Positions 24,930 through 37,839 of a DNA stretch of 64,000 nucleotides are shown here, in pieces (position 1 is the stretch's first letter; every line of letters begins with the position of its first letter). Under the pieces are notes generated by a model. That model saw only the letters and a program-made list of their open reading frames with translations. It was not told the origin of the DNA and searched no databases. Both the position numbers and the translations under genes were made by a program. Source of the stretch: the human T2T-CHM13v2.0 reference genome, Homo sapiens; the NCBI RefSeq assembly GCF_009914755.1, contig NC_060942.1, one strand, 5' to 3'.

Positions 24930-26140
24930 TTTTCTTTTACTTTGGATTCAGGGGTCCATGTGCAGGTTTGTTATATGGGTATATTGTGTGATGCTGAAGT
25001 TTGGGGTATGGATAATCCCATTACGCAAGTAATAAGCATAGAACTCAATAAGCAGTCTTTCAGCACACCCGCCTTGACTAGTACACAGTGTCTATTGCTT
25101 CCATCTTTGTGTCCATGCATACTCAATGTTTAGCTATCACCTATAAGTGATAGCATGAAGTATTTGGTTTTCTGTTCCTGCATTAATTCACTTAGGATAA
25201 TGGCCTCCAGCTCCATCCATGTTGCTGCAAGGAACATGATTTTGTTCTTTTTATGGCTGTGTAGTATTCCATGGTATATATGTTCCACATTTTCTTTATC
25301 CAACCCACTGCTGATGGGCATCTAGGTTTATTACATGTCTTTGTTATTTGAAATGGTGCTTTGATGAACATACGGATGCACATGTCTTTTTGGTAGAATT
25401 AATTCTTAACAGAGTACTACAAACCGAATCCAGCAGTACATTAAAAAGTTAATTTACCACAATAAAGTAGGCTTTATTCCTGGGATACAGGGTTGGTTCA
25501 ACATATGCAAATCAATAAATGTGATTCAACACATAAAGAGAATCAAAAACAAAACTCATATATGATCACCTAAACAGAGGCAGGACAAGAGGCATCAAAG
25601 GAATATACTTCAAAATAATAAGAGCCACCTGTGACAAACCCACAGCCAACATCGTACTGAATTGGCCAAAGCTGGAGCCATCCTCCTTGAGAACCAGAAC
25701 AAAACAGGGATGCCTACTCTCATCACTCCTATTCAGCATCGTACTGGAAGTCCTACCCAGAGGAATCAGGCAAGACAAAGAAATAAAAGACATCCATATA
25801 GGGAAAGAGGCAGTCAAGTTATCTGTCTTTGCTGATTATATAATTCTATACCTAGAAAACCCTAAAGACTTCAACGAAAGAATTCTAGAACTGATAAATG
25901 ACTTAGGTAAAGTTTTAGGATACAAAATCAATGTACAAATTCAGTAGCATTTCTATACACCAATAGGTTCTAGCCGAGAATGACTTCAAGAACACAATCC
26001 CATTTAAAAGCCACACAGAAAAAAAGGAACTACCTAGGAATACATGAAACTAAGGAGTTAAAAGACCTCTATGAGGAGAACTACAAAACACTGCTGAAAA
26101 AAAATCAGAAATGACAGAAATAAATGCAAAAATATTCCAT
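24930..26140 (-). mobile_element. Old primate L1 with inverted 5' segment
   Basis: 24930-25400 is the antisense L1 3' end. ~25420-26140 is + strand ORF2 RT region; the ORF at 25687 reads [19 protein letters not shown]...[15 protein letters not shown]. Confidence 0.88.
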
Positions 26141-26899
26141 TTTTCTCCCCATTATATATTGTTGCAAAGTTAGTACTATTTTCTGAAATCACATCTAAAT
26201 ATATGGTTTCTATATATTTAAATGAAGGAAAATTTTTATGTTTATTTATGGACATAACTAATGCAGAAACATTTGAAAATTTCTAATTTCAATGAATATA
26301 GTTCTGTTGGTTATAAAAGAGTAATTTTCTGTGATGTACTTAATACTTTTATGTATGATATTTATCAAAGAAACTAATAAACAATAAAGAGACTTTTTTC
26401 AAAAGCAAACTCTACCAGACCCATATAATTATTTTTGACAATCATGGCTTGGAAAGTTGAAATAGGAAAACAATTTCTATATTGAATATAATAATGTTCT
26501 TATTTGGACCCATAAAAATCTATTTAAGAGAGGAACATAGCTCATACTTGAATGTACTCTATTAGGAAAAAATAATACTAAGTCCAACTTGAACCATAAT
26601 TATCAGAGTGAGGCACCAATCCATGGAAACAAGTAATGCTGGAAAGAGATTTGTCCTAAATAAGCTATTCAGTAGCCACATTGATGACCTGGAGAACGAA
26701 ACAGAGAAATAGAAAATCTATAATTCTAAGTTGTTTTGTGTCAGAAGACAAGGAGAAATTAAAAATGGTCCTAAAGGAAGAGAATATAATGTATTAGAAA
26801 CAATTTGAAGAGTAACCATATAATAAAAGCTAATGGTATAAGGAAAGAGTGCTGAAGCACAAGTATAATATTAACAGCGACTCTCATTTTCTTCCCTGT

Positions 26900-27170
26900 A
26901 TGACTCACACCATCCTACCTGCTTTACGAGGTAGAAAATGGTATCTCCGTTTTACAAGTGAGAAACAGTGGCTTCAGTGAATGCATTATTTTCTTAAGTA
27001 TCGCATGCTTATGTAGGGATTAGAAAAAACCTTCTACTTGATTAACCTGACAGAATTATAGATGAGACTGGTTGGAAGCCATCAGATATATATAAGATAT
27101 TTAAGCAAACCATTTAATCTTTTGAAGTCTCAATGTTCTCAACTGTAAAATGGAGATAGCAATACATGTT
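26900..27170. mobile_element. MIR fragments (apparently both orientations)
   Basis: atctccgttttacaagtgagaaacag... and tctcaatgttctcaactgtaaaatggagatagcaata. Confidence 0.55.
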
Positions 27171-28086
27171 ATAAGCTTGCAGCCATAATTTAGCGTATGC
27201 TAATTGTACCATTTCGAAGAAGACCAGCATGTTTCATGATTATGTCATGAGGCTTAAATTAAGAATCAATTAAAGGTAAAAAATACACAAATATAAAATT
27301 TTCCAATGGCTATTGATATATTAATATTTTAAAAATTTATTCACTAAATTTGATATGTAATTCTCTAATAAAATTTGGCCATACTTTCTGGTTCTGCTCA
27401 CCACAAACAAAAATAAGATCTCAAGAAGAATGACATGACTCATAGGTTTGAAAATATTTCCCATAAAGAGATGTTAGAAGGAATTAAGGTTCTTTTGCAT
27501 TTAACGTGTCTGCAATTTGACTGTTAAAATAAAATCAAATTTTATTTAGAGAAAGATGCTGGGCTGGGCTGTCCTCTTTGGAAGAAATGACTAAGTGGAA
27601 GCATATAACTTCAAACTTAGAAGTAAAAATTATTTTAACCTTAAGCTGTAACTTGGGGTAAATAGTGAGATAATAGTACTCAGCTCTATAAATAATATTG
27701 TGAATGAACACAATACTATTCCCTTAGGCATATTATTCAGTTGCACAATAGCAGATTTCATTACTTCCCCTTTGCTTGCTTATTTAATCTGTGAATGATT
27801 GGATACAAGCTCAGAGAATACTACACTTGAATGAGAATATAGCTTTTTTATATGTCTTTAACTTAATTCCCCTGTATATAAAATATATTTTGGAGGATAT
27901 TCTCTCATCTTAAGTGTGGTATTTAAGATGTAGCTGCTTTAGTTATACTGTTGAGTGAAACTTAGTACTCTGATACTTTATTTTAATGGTGAGTCCTGTG
28001 ATCAGGTGATGGTATTAATGTTTCTATTATTTGACTTATTATTTAGAAAATGAATTTTTAATACATTTATTTGGAGGCTGCAATCT

Positions 28087-28095
28087 ACACACACG

Positions 28096-28135
<40 letters not shown>

Positions 28136-28144
28136 TGCACACAC
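28087..28144. repeat. (CA)n microsatellite
   Basis: Interrupted CA run. Confidence 0.95.
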
Positions 28145-31100
28145 CATCATCCCCCCATGCTGAGCCTAATATCATACAGTTGTTAGTAACTAAACATGAG
28201 ATAAATAAGAAAGTATAAAAATGACATTATTTATTTCACATAAATAGTAGGAGTGAAAACAATTTCAGGGGCTCTAATAACTTAGGATTCATATTGTAAG
28301 TTGGTGCTTTATCTCAATAACAACCCCAAAAGTGGCAATAATTACTACTAATATTTGGAAACTGGAAGAGAATTCAACAAATTTCTTGATTAATGCTGAG
28401 GTAACTTTGTGTTTCTTTTTTCATCGACTTTTAAGGGCATTTTAAAGTGTAAATTAATGTTTAAGAACAGGAATTTCAGAATTGAAAAGCACAGATGCAT
28501 TCATAATAGCAATGTACATTTCCTTCATTGAAGATAGAATTGCTCTTGGTACACCTGTTTCCCTCAGATATCCATAACTGAGATTCGCATGGTTTGGCAA
28601 TGTTGTCAAATGCCCCAATCTCAAATATTGGAAGAGGTCTGGAGAGAAAGTGTAAATAAAACTAATTTCTATTAAATTACATTATTCTACTGACACTTGG
28701 TTAATGCAAGACATTTGTATAGTATAGTAGTCTACTGAGAACTCTAAGCCTTTATTTTAGAAAGAATTACTAATTCCTCTTCCATGGAATTCCCTATATG
28801 TTTTTAAAATTCAAAGTTTATGAAAACGACAGTAAGTAGAAAAGACAGTGTAGAATATGTGCTGAATTTATCTAAATTCTATTCAGGTATGATGATGGCA
28901 TTCATGATATTTAAGACACCAAAAACGGTGTTTAAGACATGATATATTAAATATTTCATTTCCTCATTACAACATAATGGAATTTACTTAAAATTTTGAA
29001 CAGAATACGTGAGTCTATGAGTCCTCTACTTAAGTTTATTTAAATCGGTAACATTAGAAATAACTACATCTGTGACATTAGATATAATCAAACAAAATTT
29101 TTTAAAAGTCAGTACTAAACCATACAAAATTAAACCCCAAGTAGATTAAAGAGATAATTTTATAAACAAAAGTAAACTAGGAAAGTATTATAAGAAAATG
29201 AGATTATTTTTGTAAGCATTTCAGAAAAGGCCTTTTTAAGCAAACACAAATCTCAGAAACTTTAAACTATGAGGTATTTGACCTCATAGAATTTGATAAT
29301 GTATTTCATTTTAATCAGAGTGTCGTTTCCCAAGGACACTACTCTTGTATACATTAAATCTTTCTCCTGCTGCTACTTATCCTCAAGTTCTATATAGGCT
29401 TTTCCTACTATCCTTGTTCTATTATCTCTTGAGAACTCATTACATCTGATGAACTCTTACACCAACACAACTCTCACCACTCTTCTATCTCATCATTCCA
29501 ATACAGTTTATACTAAAGTTTTAGTTAAATACAGTTACATTTTCCTGAGAATGTTAAGATTGTTTATCGCAGAGCCTCATAGTGTACTATAATTAAATGT
29601 TCTGACAGTTACCTTTTTAATTATTATTTTCTTTTTGAACTTAATCATTGCCTATATTTAGCTGCATAATTTTTTATGTGTGTGTATCTTTTTCCTTCAA
29701 AGTACTTTTATTACTAAATAAATTAATTCTAAATGAACAGTTTTTCCTAAAAATCTATTATAATCAGGAGTAATTTCTCTTTGGACAGCTCTATTATCTT
29801 GGGATCTCCACTTGCCAATATTTCTAAACTCCTTATATTTTGTGCTGAATGACCTATTTGTTACAGTATATTATCAGTAATTTAAGAAAAATGACGTCAT
29901 GCTAGATAAATCTTTTAGGTTTGTTTTTTATTTCAATTTGAGCCCTTTCTAGTTCTGTCTTTATAATAGCATATTCTTGTTTTATGACTCCAGTGTCCTT
30001 TATAGCCTCTTCAAAGATAAGTAAATGTTACTTTTATGTTATTTTCTGTGTTTTCTATTTCCTCCCAATCATAATTTTCTTGCTTCTTGGTTTTAAACTT
30101 TATGATTCTCAAGCTTTTGATTTACCCTTTGATGAATCTCAGCTTTCTCTGTTGCTTTCATCTCTTGCTTGCTTTATTTCTAGGACTTTTTCCTTAAATA
30201 CTCTGGCATTATTGGATACTTCTTTCTTTCTTTGCAGAAGTTTTTATCTTAACTCTTTATCCTCCCTAACAACCTCAGAATTCTGCAAGTAACTCATGAG
30301 GAAAGCTGGCCCTCAAGTCTCAGTTTATCATTCCAGCCCACCGTGGCCTCTTTTCTACAGATTATAAGTGGGTTTAGTGTAAAGTTAATCTAAGCATTTA
30401 TCTTTTATAAAAAGTGTTTAGAATATTAACAATAGTGTCATACATATAAAATAAATATATGCTTTATTTTATGGCTTTAAATTTCTTGATGTTTTCCTTG
30501 CATTCTGTGTATTATATAGGAATTGTGTTATGCAGTACTGCTTTTATATATTACGATCTACTCTTGGTTTGGGATTTATACATTTTGATTTATACATCTT
30601 GATTATTTCTAAGAGTCATTTAAGTTACTTTTAAAATCTTGAATCTCTTAATTAGAGCTTTGTAATTAAGGTCAAGAATGAGATTACATTTTAAATATTC
30701 CCCTACATGAAGAATTGTTTACCTTACTCTTTGCCTTTGTTTTTCTTGCCCTTCTAAATTTACATGGATTAAAATGTAGAACTGGAGATAAAAGCTCGTA
30801 GTGTTATTAAATACATTTTATTCATTTACCCTGATTTTCAGTTTGTAACTATTATGCTTTATTTTTAAATTAATAAATATTTTTGACATTCATGAGTAGT
30901 CAATCTATATCATGATTTCCATATTCTTAAGTCCTCAGATTATGTCATTTCTCAGGTTATTGAAGCCTATTTGTGTGTGTATGTGTTTAACCTTTTAGTA
31001 AAACTCATATTCCCAACTCATGTTTATTAACTTATTTAGTGGGGATTAGGCCTAGATTAGCATCTTTCCTTTTTGACCATACATATAAGATGTGTTTGAT

Positions 31101-33330
31101 AGTAACAATTTTTAAATGAAAGCATAAATATTTTTATTTAGCTCTTAATATATTTCAAAAATTTATTGACATTTAAATCTAGCTCTTCCTATAAGGGACC
31201 TCTTTATTTTGGTCTTTTATCAGTAATCTGGTACAATATATTAGTAATTTTCATCCAGAATGATAAGCAGTTACCATTCCTTTCACAAGTGAAGAACTGC
31301 TTGGATTGCATGGAATTCTAGGTTCACAAAATATCACCATCAATGAACATCATTCCACTATCTCAGTGTTACAGAAGTAATATCTGCCATCAGTTTTTCC
31401 CATTGAAAGTATCCTTTTTTCTGCTAAATTACTAAAAATTGTTTTATTCTTATGTTTGAATGTGAACAGAATATGTCTTAATATAAATATTGGCTAATAA
31501 ATTTAATGTAATTGTGAAAAGCACATTCGATTTCTGTGTTCAAATCTTACCATTTTTCTGAGGAAGATTTTTAAATACAATGCAATGTCTTAAGTATTTT
31601 TGTTTTTTTATGTTTTCCTTCTACCTTTTGATCATCAATTATTCCTTCGGAAGGGCTAAATACAGCTGCTGTCACTTTTTGTTTGGTATATCAATTGTAT
31701 TCTTCTTAAGCATTTTAAACTCAGGTTGTTTTTTCCCTCTGAGTTCTGGGAAAACTTTTAAAGTTTGTTAAATCTTTATTGTTGCTAGTATTCTGCACTG
31801 AAGAAAAATTTAAAATATGCTTTATGGGTTTCGCTGTATCTTTTTTCTAATATTAGACAACTCTTTTCTTCCTTTTTCATCATTGACTAAACATACCCTC
31901 TCCCTACCACATCCCATGCCTCCCTTATAAGTGTCATTCTATATTGCATCTTAGGTGATGCCTAACATAATTAAACACACATACACACACAGGATCCAAA
32001 TTTAAATTTTCTCCAAATATTTACTTTATGCTGAACCCTAACAATATTGTATCCTTTCTGTTTCTAATATATTATTCCTCTTTGAGCAAATGTTCTTGCT
32101 TTTTTTTAAAAAAAAATTCTGTTAACAATTTGTCTTTTTCTCCCTCCTTGTACGAGGAGATATTTATTCAGGTCAAATGGCCTACATTATAATGCATCAA
32201 TTTAATTTTGTTTTACTACTCATCATCTGTGATTCAAATAGAATAGAGAAAATATGATAAGCTTAAACTTTTAGCAAAAATGAGAGTATACTTGACAATT
32301 CAGACAATGAGTCACAGAAATTGGGGATGAGAATAAAATTGTTCCAGCTGCTGGCATTAAAGTGCAGTGATTTGGTTGCACCATTTTAGCCATCTTTGAA
32401 TGGTTTCTTACATTCTTCTTTTAAAATACCCTCTAAACTTTGCAAAAGCTGAAAGCACTTCAGCAGCACTGGAAACTATCAGGGTGCAATGTTTTTGGTG
32501 TGAATAGAGTGCAGGGTTGCTGTCAGAAAGCGGCAGAACCCACATGCCCAGCTCAGCACCATGAGGGTCTCTAGTTTTCTCCTCTCTCAGTCTATTCCAC
32601 AGATGTCCCTACTTTGTGTGCTTTCTGTCCTACTTTTAGTTTTTCTTTGCCCTTCAATTCAGAAGAATGTACTTCATTTGGTTGACAGCTTTTATGTCAC
32701 TACATGAATGGTTTCCATTTTCCACCTTTGCTCTCTATCCCTTTCTGCCAAAGCAATTCTCTCCTCCTCTTCTGACAGGAACTCTGGGCAAGGAAGAAAA
32801 AGAATATGAACTACTTCAGCATATACAGCATAAATAGTTGACTTCAGACCCAACGTGTTAAAGATTTTCTACTTGGCTTTGATAGTGGTATGCTTTGTAC
32901 CAAAATTTCTATATTACTTTTTAATCATTGAAGCTCAGTATTTTGAGTATTTTTACGGCCATAAATGTATAAATATTATGCAAAGACAGTCAGCTACTAA
33001 CTGGCTTTTTTAATGGTGTATGGTCTAGAATTGTGCTGTGGTTGTTATAGATCAATTAATTGTTACTTGGGATTTGATATTCTGCCTTTCCAGTACAGAA
33101 TACTTGATAATAAAAGCATAGTACATTATTCTTAAAAAAATACAGAACAATTTTTCAATGTGCAGAATCTGTTCTTATTTCTAAGGCTTTCCCCATGTCT
33201 GCAACAGTGGATTAGATCAGCAGATTTGCAGTAGTGAAGAGTATTCAGAAATATCTGAGAAGGAGCTGACAAGAAAAATATTCGTGATCTTTTCTATTCA
33301 ATTTCCAGCATTGAAAATTAAAGTTTTGAA

Positions 33331-33611
33331 CAGCACTGTGCAATAGAAATAGTTGAGCCACAGATATGAGCCACATTAAAAAAAAAACAAAAGAACTGAT
33401 AAAATTAACATTGATGATATCTTTTATTTAGTCCAACATATGCAACGTATTACCATGATCAACATGCCATTAATATCGTAAATGAGATGTTTTTATTTTT
33501 TATTTTTGTATTTATTTTACAATTAGTGCAGCTCATCTCTATTTGTACTGGCTGCATTGTAGTTGCTCAATTGCCCTGAGCGGCTAGGGGCTATCATATT
33601 GGAAAGCGCAG
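33331..33611. mobile_element. MER33/MER3-like (hAT-Charlie)
   Basis: cagcactgtgcaatagaaata...tgagccaca...ggctaggggctatcatattggaaagcgcag. Confidence 0.75.
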
Positions 33612-33719
33612 AAGTAAACTAAGGTAAAGAATATTTGAGTTCTTTAAAAAAAAAAAAAACAGTAATAAACACTTGAGGAATAAAATAAAGTTCAATTTTA
33701 ATTCTAGTATTTTTCAATG

Positions 33720-34790
33720 ATTTGATTTTGGACAAATTACCTGACTACTTTTTATGAAAAGTTTCCATTTGGTTTTTTATAGAGATTATATTTTCTGTTG
33801 AAATATACTCCACTTGTTTATCCAGCATGATTATGTTTTTCTATGTATTCCACAATGTATAAATCTTGTCTATTGTGAAATCCTTCTCTAAAACTCCAAC
33901 GTCTGGATTTTCTCTGCATCTACTTGCATTGATAGGTTTGTTGTGATTATCAGTCATTTATGCATAAATTTTTCACATTATAATTTTTAAGTTTATGCTG
34001 GAGATTATATGTCATAGTACAGCAACTCTGCATTATGTGTTCATCCTCCAAGAACATTAGATTCTGTTCTATTAAGCTATTAAATGAAGAGAGGATCACC
34101 CTTTTTCTGTTGATGCTTGGGTTTTAGGCCATTTTAGCACAGATCTCCTTTAACTCCTTAACTTATCCCCATATCGAAAGAGAGCACTTACCACTAAGAC
34201 ATGCTTTTACTTGTAGGAATGGTGTTTCTGGCATCTCAACTGAAGCCTAATGTGTGCACCAACTCTCTCTACTATGATTGGGAAGAAACTTCAACATTTC
34301 CTCAGTGAGACCTCTGGAAACTCAGCTCATAGGTTCTCTGCATCTGTTTACTACTTGACCTCTTAGCATCTTGTCCTGCACATGGTCAGCTGAGAAACTG
34401 TCACAGGTCCTCAACGACATTTTATGCAGACGCTCGGAGGACTTCTTGGCACTTTCCTCCTTTCTGATATTTTGCCATCCAAATCCCAACCACTTTCACA
34501 GCCCCAGACTCTGACCTCTGATTTCTCCTCCCACTCATATTGAGACCTTTGATCTCTGTCTGGCCCTCTTTCTCTGTGCAGCAATTTGAAAAATTCCCCT
34601 AGTGAAAAATCCAGGGTTAATGTAAGTCTTACTTCATGCTCTTCCTTTTTCTTAAATATCATAGTGTGGGCTGATGCATTCAAACATGTTTTTATACCTC
34701 TTAAAATACATTTTGCTCCAAATTTATAATTGTTTACAGCTGTTGGATGAGTTTGATATCAGCTACTTTGTTTTATTCAGAAACTATTAA
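33720..34790 (-). mobile_element. Ancient L1ME-like 5'-region fragment
   Basis: agtttccatttggtttttt...ttttctgttgaaat...tgtgaaatccttctctaaaactccaacgtctggat; highly degenerate. Confidence 0.5.
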
Positions 34791-34799
34791 GTTCTTGAC

Positions 34800-35780
34800 A
34801 TCTATTTCTGCCACTCCCTAATAAATCACAAAATTTGATTAAATCTCCTTCTAAATTTAAACTTTCCTTCTGCCTTTTTGTTATTTCTTTGGTCTAAATT
34901 ATTATCTCTTCCCTAGATTCCTACAATAGCTTTTAATTCATATCTCCACTTCCAGGACATACTCTACATTAAACAGTTGTCTTTTAGAAACACAATTTCT
35001 TTCTCTCTCTCTTTCTCTCTTTCTTCCTTTCTCCCTTTCTCTCTCTCTTTCTCTCTCTTTCCTTCTCTCTCTCTTTTTCTCTCTTTCATCTGTATTTTTA
35101 GTAGAGATGGGCTTTCTACAAGGTCTGTATTTTTTTAGTAGAGACGGGATTTCACCATGTTGGCCAGGCTGGCCTCAAGTTATCCACTTGCCTCAGCCTC
35201 CCAAAGTGCTGGGATTACAGGTGTGAGCCACCATAACTGGCCACAATTTTGTCACTCTCCAAGTGAAAACTATTCAATAGCTTCTCTTTAAACTGAGAAT
35301 AAATCTTTGAACTCCTTACATTGACCTATAAAATTTTGGATGATGTAAGCTTTCTAAATGCTTTTCTATGCACTATCTGTCCCTGCTCTATGCTTTAGTA
35401 GCATTGATATTTTTTTAATTTCCTGAACCTGCAAAGCTTTGCCCATAGCAATGTTTTTGTACAGTCTGTTTTTTATGACCATGACATTGTGTTTGTCATT
35501 TTTCCCCTGACTTCTTTCTCTTGCTTTATGTGACAACTTAAATGTTCTTTCAATGAGGCATTTCCTGATCACATAGAACTTTACCCTTAATCTCATAGCA
35601 TCCTGATCTTTTGATTCACATCACACCAAAGTATGACTTCCCACTTGTGCACAGGTATATGCTCTTATGTAACATCTTTATTTTCTACTAGATATAAACA
35701 TCATGAGGAGAAGGATCATATCTTTATTTTTTGCCATATTATGCCCAGTGCTTCTTCTTGATATATAGTGTATTAAATAC
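34800..35780 (+). mobile_element. L2 3' region, interrupted by an Alu remnant
   Basis: ctagattcctacaatagc...tccttacattgacctataaa...catgaggagaaggatcat...cccagtgc...aaatacttattgg. Confidence 0.55.
34999..35242 (-). mobile_element. Rearranged Alu remnant (left arm) with CT-rich tract (~34997-35087)
   Basis: tgtattttttagtagagacggg...ccaaagtgctgggattacaggtgtgagccacc...ggcc; ACAATTT on both flanks. Confidence 0.88.
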
Positions 35781-36176
35781 TTATTGGTGTATAAATGTTA
35801 AACAATTATATTTGAGTTCATGAAAAACATATTAAATAATATTAAACTTCAGAAAGAAAGTGTTTTAGAAATCAGCATTTGAAGTTTAATGGAGAATCAA
35901 TAGTTTCAAAGAATTTTAGAAAATTGGAACTGGAAGAAACCACAATCATCAATTTCATGTAATAATCCTTTGGATAACATTGTCTCCACTTAAATCACTC
36001 CAGTGTCGAGGAACTCACAATTTCACAAGGAAGCGTATTTTATTCTATTCCTATTATTTAAAAAATGTCTTTCTCATGTTTAATATAATCTAAGCACTAT
36101 ATTGAATTGTTTTACTTATAATCTTATACAATAGTTATCTAAATTTTACAAAAAAATGAAAAAAATTGTGCATATA

Positions 36177-36255
36177 TTAGGTTGGTGCAAACGTAATTGT
36201 GTTTTTTTCCATTACTTTTAATGCAGAAACCACAGTTAGGTTTGCACCAACATCA
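36177..36255. mobile_element. MADE1 (Hsmar1-derived MITE)
   Basis: TTAGGTTGGTGCAAACGTAATTG...TTTGCACCAACATCA, ~80-bp palindrome flanked by TA. Confidence 0.9.
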
Positions 36256-37327
36256 TATTTTGTTTCATTTGTCATTTCCTCTGAAATCTAAACACTCAAA
36301 AGATATAATTAAAAATTATTATTTTATTTACTTGAATGTTGAAAAATGATACTTCATTTCAGGATCCTTTATCGTAATTGGAATTATTTATGTTATATAT
36401 TGGATTTGTGTCTTTATCCCTGTGTGTTTTTAATGATCCACATTTGCATGCACTGCAAATAAGAAATTTTGAGTATTAGCCAAAGTTTTAAAAATATAAA
36501 ATGGATTTTAAAGAACCAAACTTATGAAAAAAGCATGTTAATTAACATTAAGAAAGATGTATTAAACATTTTTGTCCTTATAGTGTTCACATTTTCTCAT
36601 TAGTTATATTATCATAAAAGAAATGAAAATATATGGATGGATGGATGCATTCAAGTAAATAAAATATCATATTTTGAAGAAGACTCATATGTAATGTGCA
36701 AGATTCAGTTTAATTTAGTGTGTGTGTATATAATCATTTAAATATATAAGAGTTGGAAATATATTTATACTCTATATCAGAATTGAAATTATGATCAAAT
36801 GAGAAAATATATCTGAAATCTTTTTTTAATTTTTAATTTTTTTTCTGTTTCTGAATCATTTTTGTTACCACTATTATTTAGGACATAGAGGTTTGCCTAC
36901 AGAGTGACCCACTTTTTCCTAGCTATTTTTGGGTACCATATTAGACACTTCTAAAATTGTAATACCTTTTATGGGTGACTTAGAAACCATTAAATGAGTT
37001 ATTGTTTCAGTGCAATAAGTTACATTTGCAATATTGCTGCCTATGGACCATTATTAATCTTAGAAAATGAAATAGGTGGTCTAATTACCTGTCTAATTCT
37101 TTTCAGATTCTGGCTGAATAAAAATATAAACTAAATGATATAAAATGGTGTTTCAAACATTATGTTAAAATCGAATAGGACAAATATTTTTTAAATTTTC
37201 ATATATAAAGTGATTGCTGACATAAAAATATGTAAGCAATCCTTGTTAAGATGGTACTATAAGATTATTCATTGGTCTTCCTTCCTCTGCTGTAAACTCA
37301 GTTAGAGATAAAACCTAGTCGTTGTGC

Positions 37328-37625
37328 TTGTTGTTTTTAGAGAGAAGGTCTCCTTCTATTGCCCAGGCACAATGCAGTGGCACAATCACAGGTTAATGTA
37401 ACACTGAACTCCTAAGCTCAAGGGATTCTTCCACCCCAAGCCTCCTGTGAAGCTAGGACTATAAACTTGTGTCACCACAGATGGCTAATTTTTTAAAAGA
37501 ATTTTTGTAGAAACAGGGTCTTGCTACATTGCCCAAGCTGGTCTAGAATTCCTGGACTCAAGCAATCCTCCAGCCTCAGCCTTCCAAAGTGCTGAGAATA
37601 CAGGTGTGAGCCCCCGTGTCTGGCC
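37328..37625 (-). mobile_element. Alu (AluJ-like)
   Basis: Diverged dimer; flanks taaaacctagtc / taaaatctattc. Confidence 0.92.
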
Positions 37626-37839
37626 CTAAAATCTATTCTGATAAACTTAATAAGAAACATAGACATGTTTGGTGATACAAAGAGAAGTCTCCATTGACCA
37701 GAAACAAGATAGAAATGCACAACAGCAGTAGAGTTGTAGCTGGGGGACTGCCTATCTCTGGATCCAAATACAGACAGTGGGAACTGGGAATACGACTCCT
37801 TGAGGGTGAAGAGGATCAAAGTCATCCCTTACAAAGCGG

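Noticed and set aside
25687-25947. Reverse-transcriptase-like ORF as an active RT
   Set aside because: It is an 86-aa decayed L1 ORF2 fragment; the FADD motif reads FADY and the surrounding frame is disrupted.
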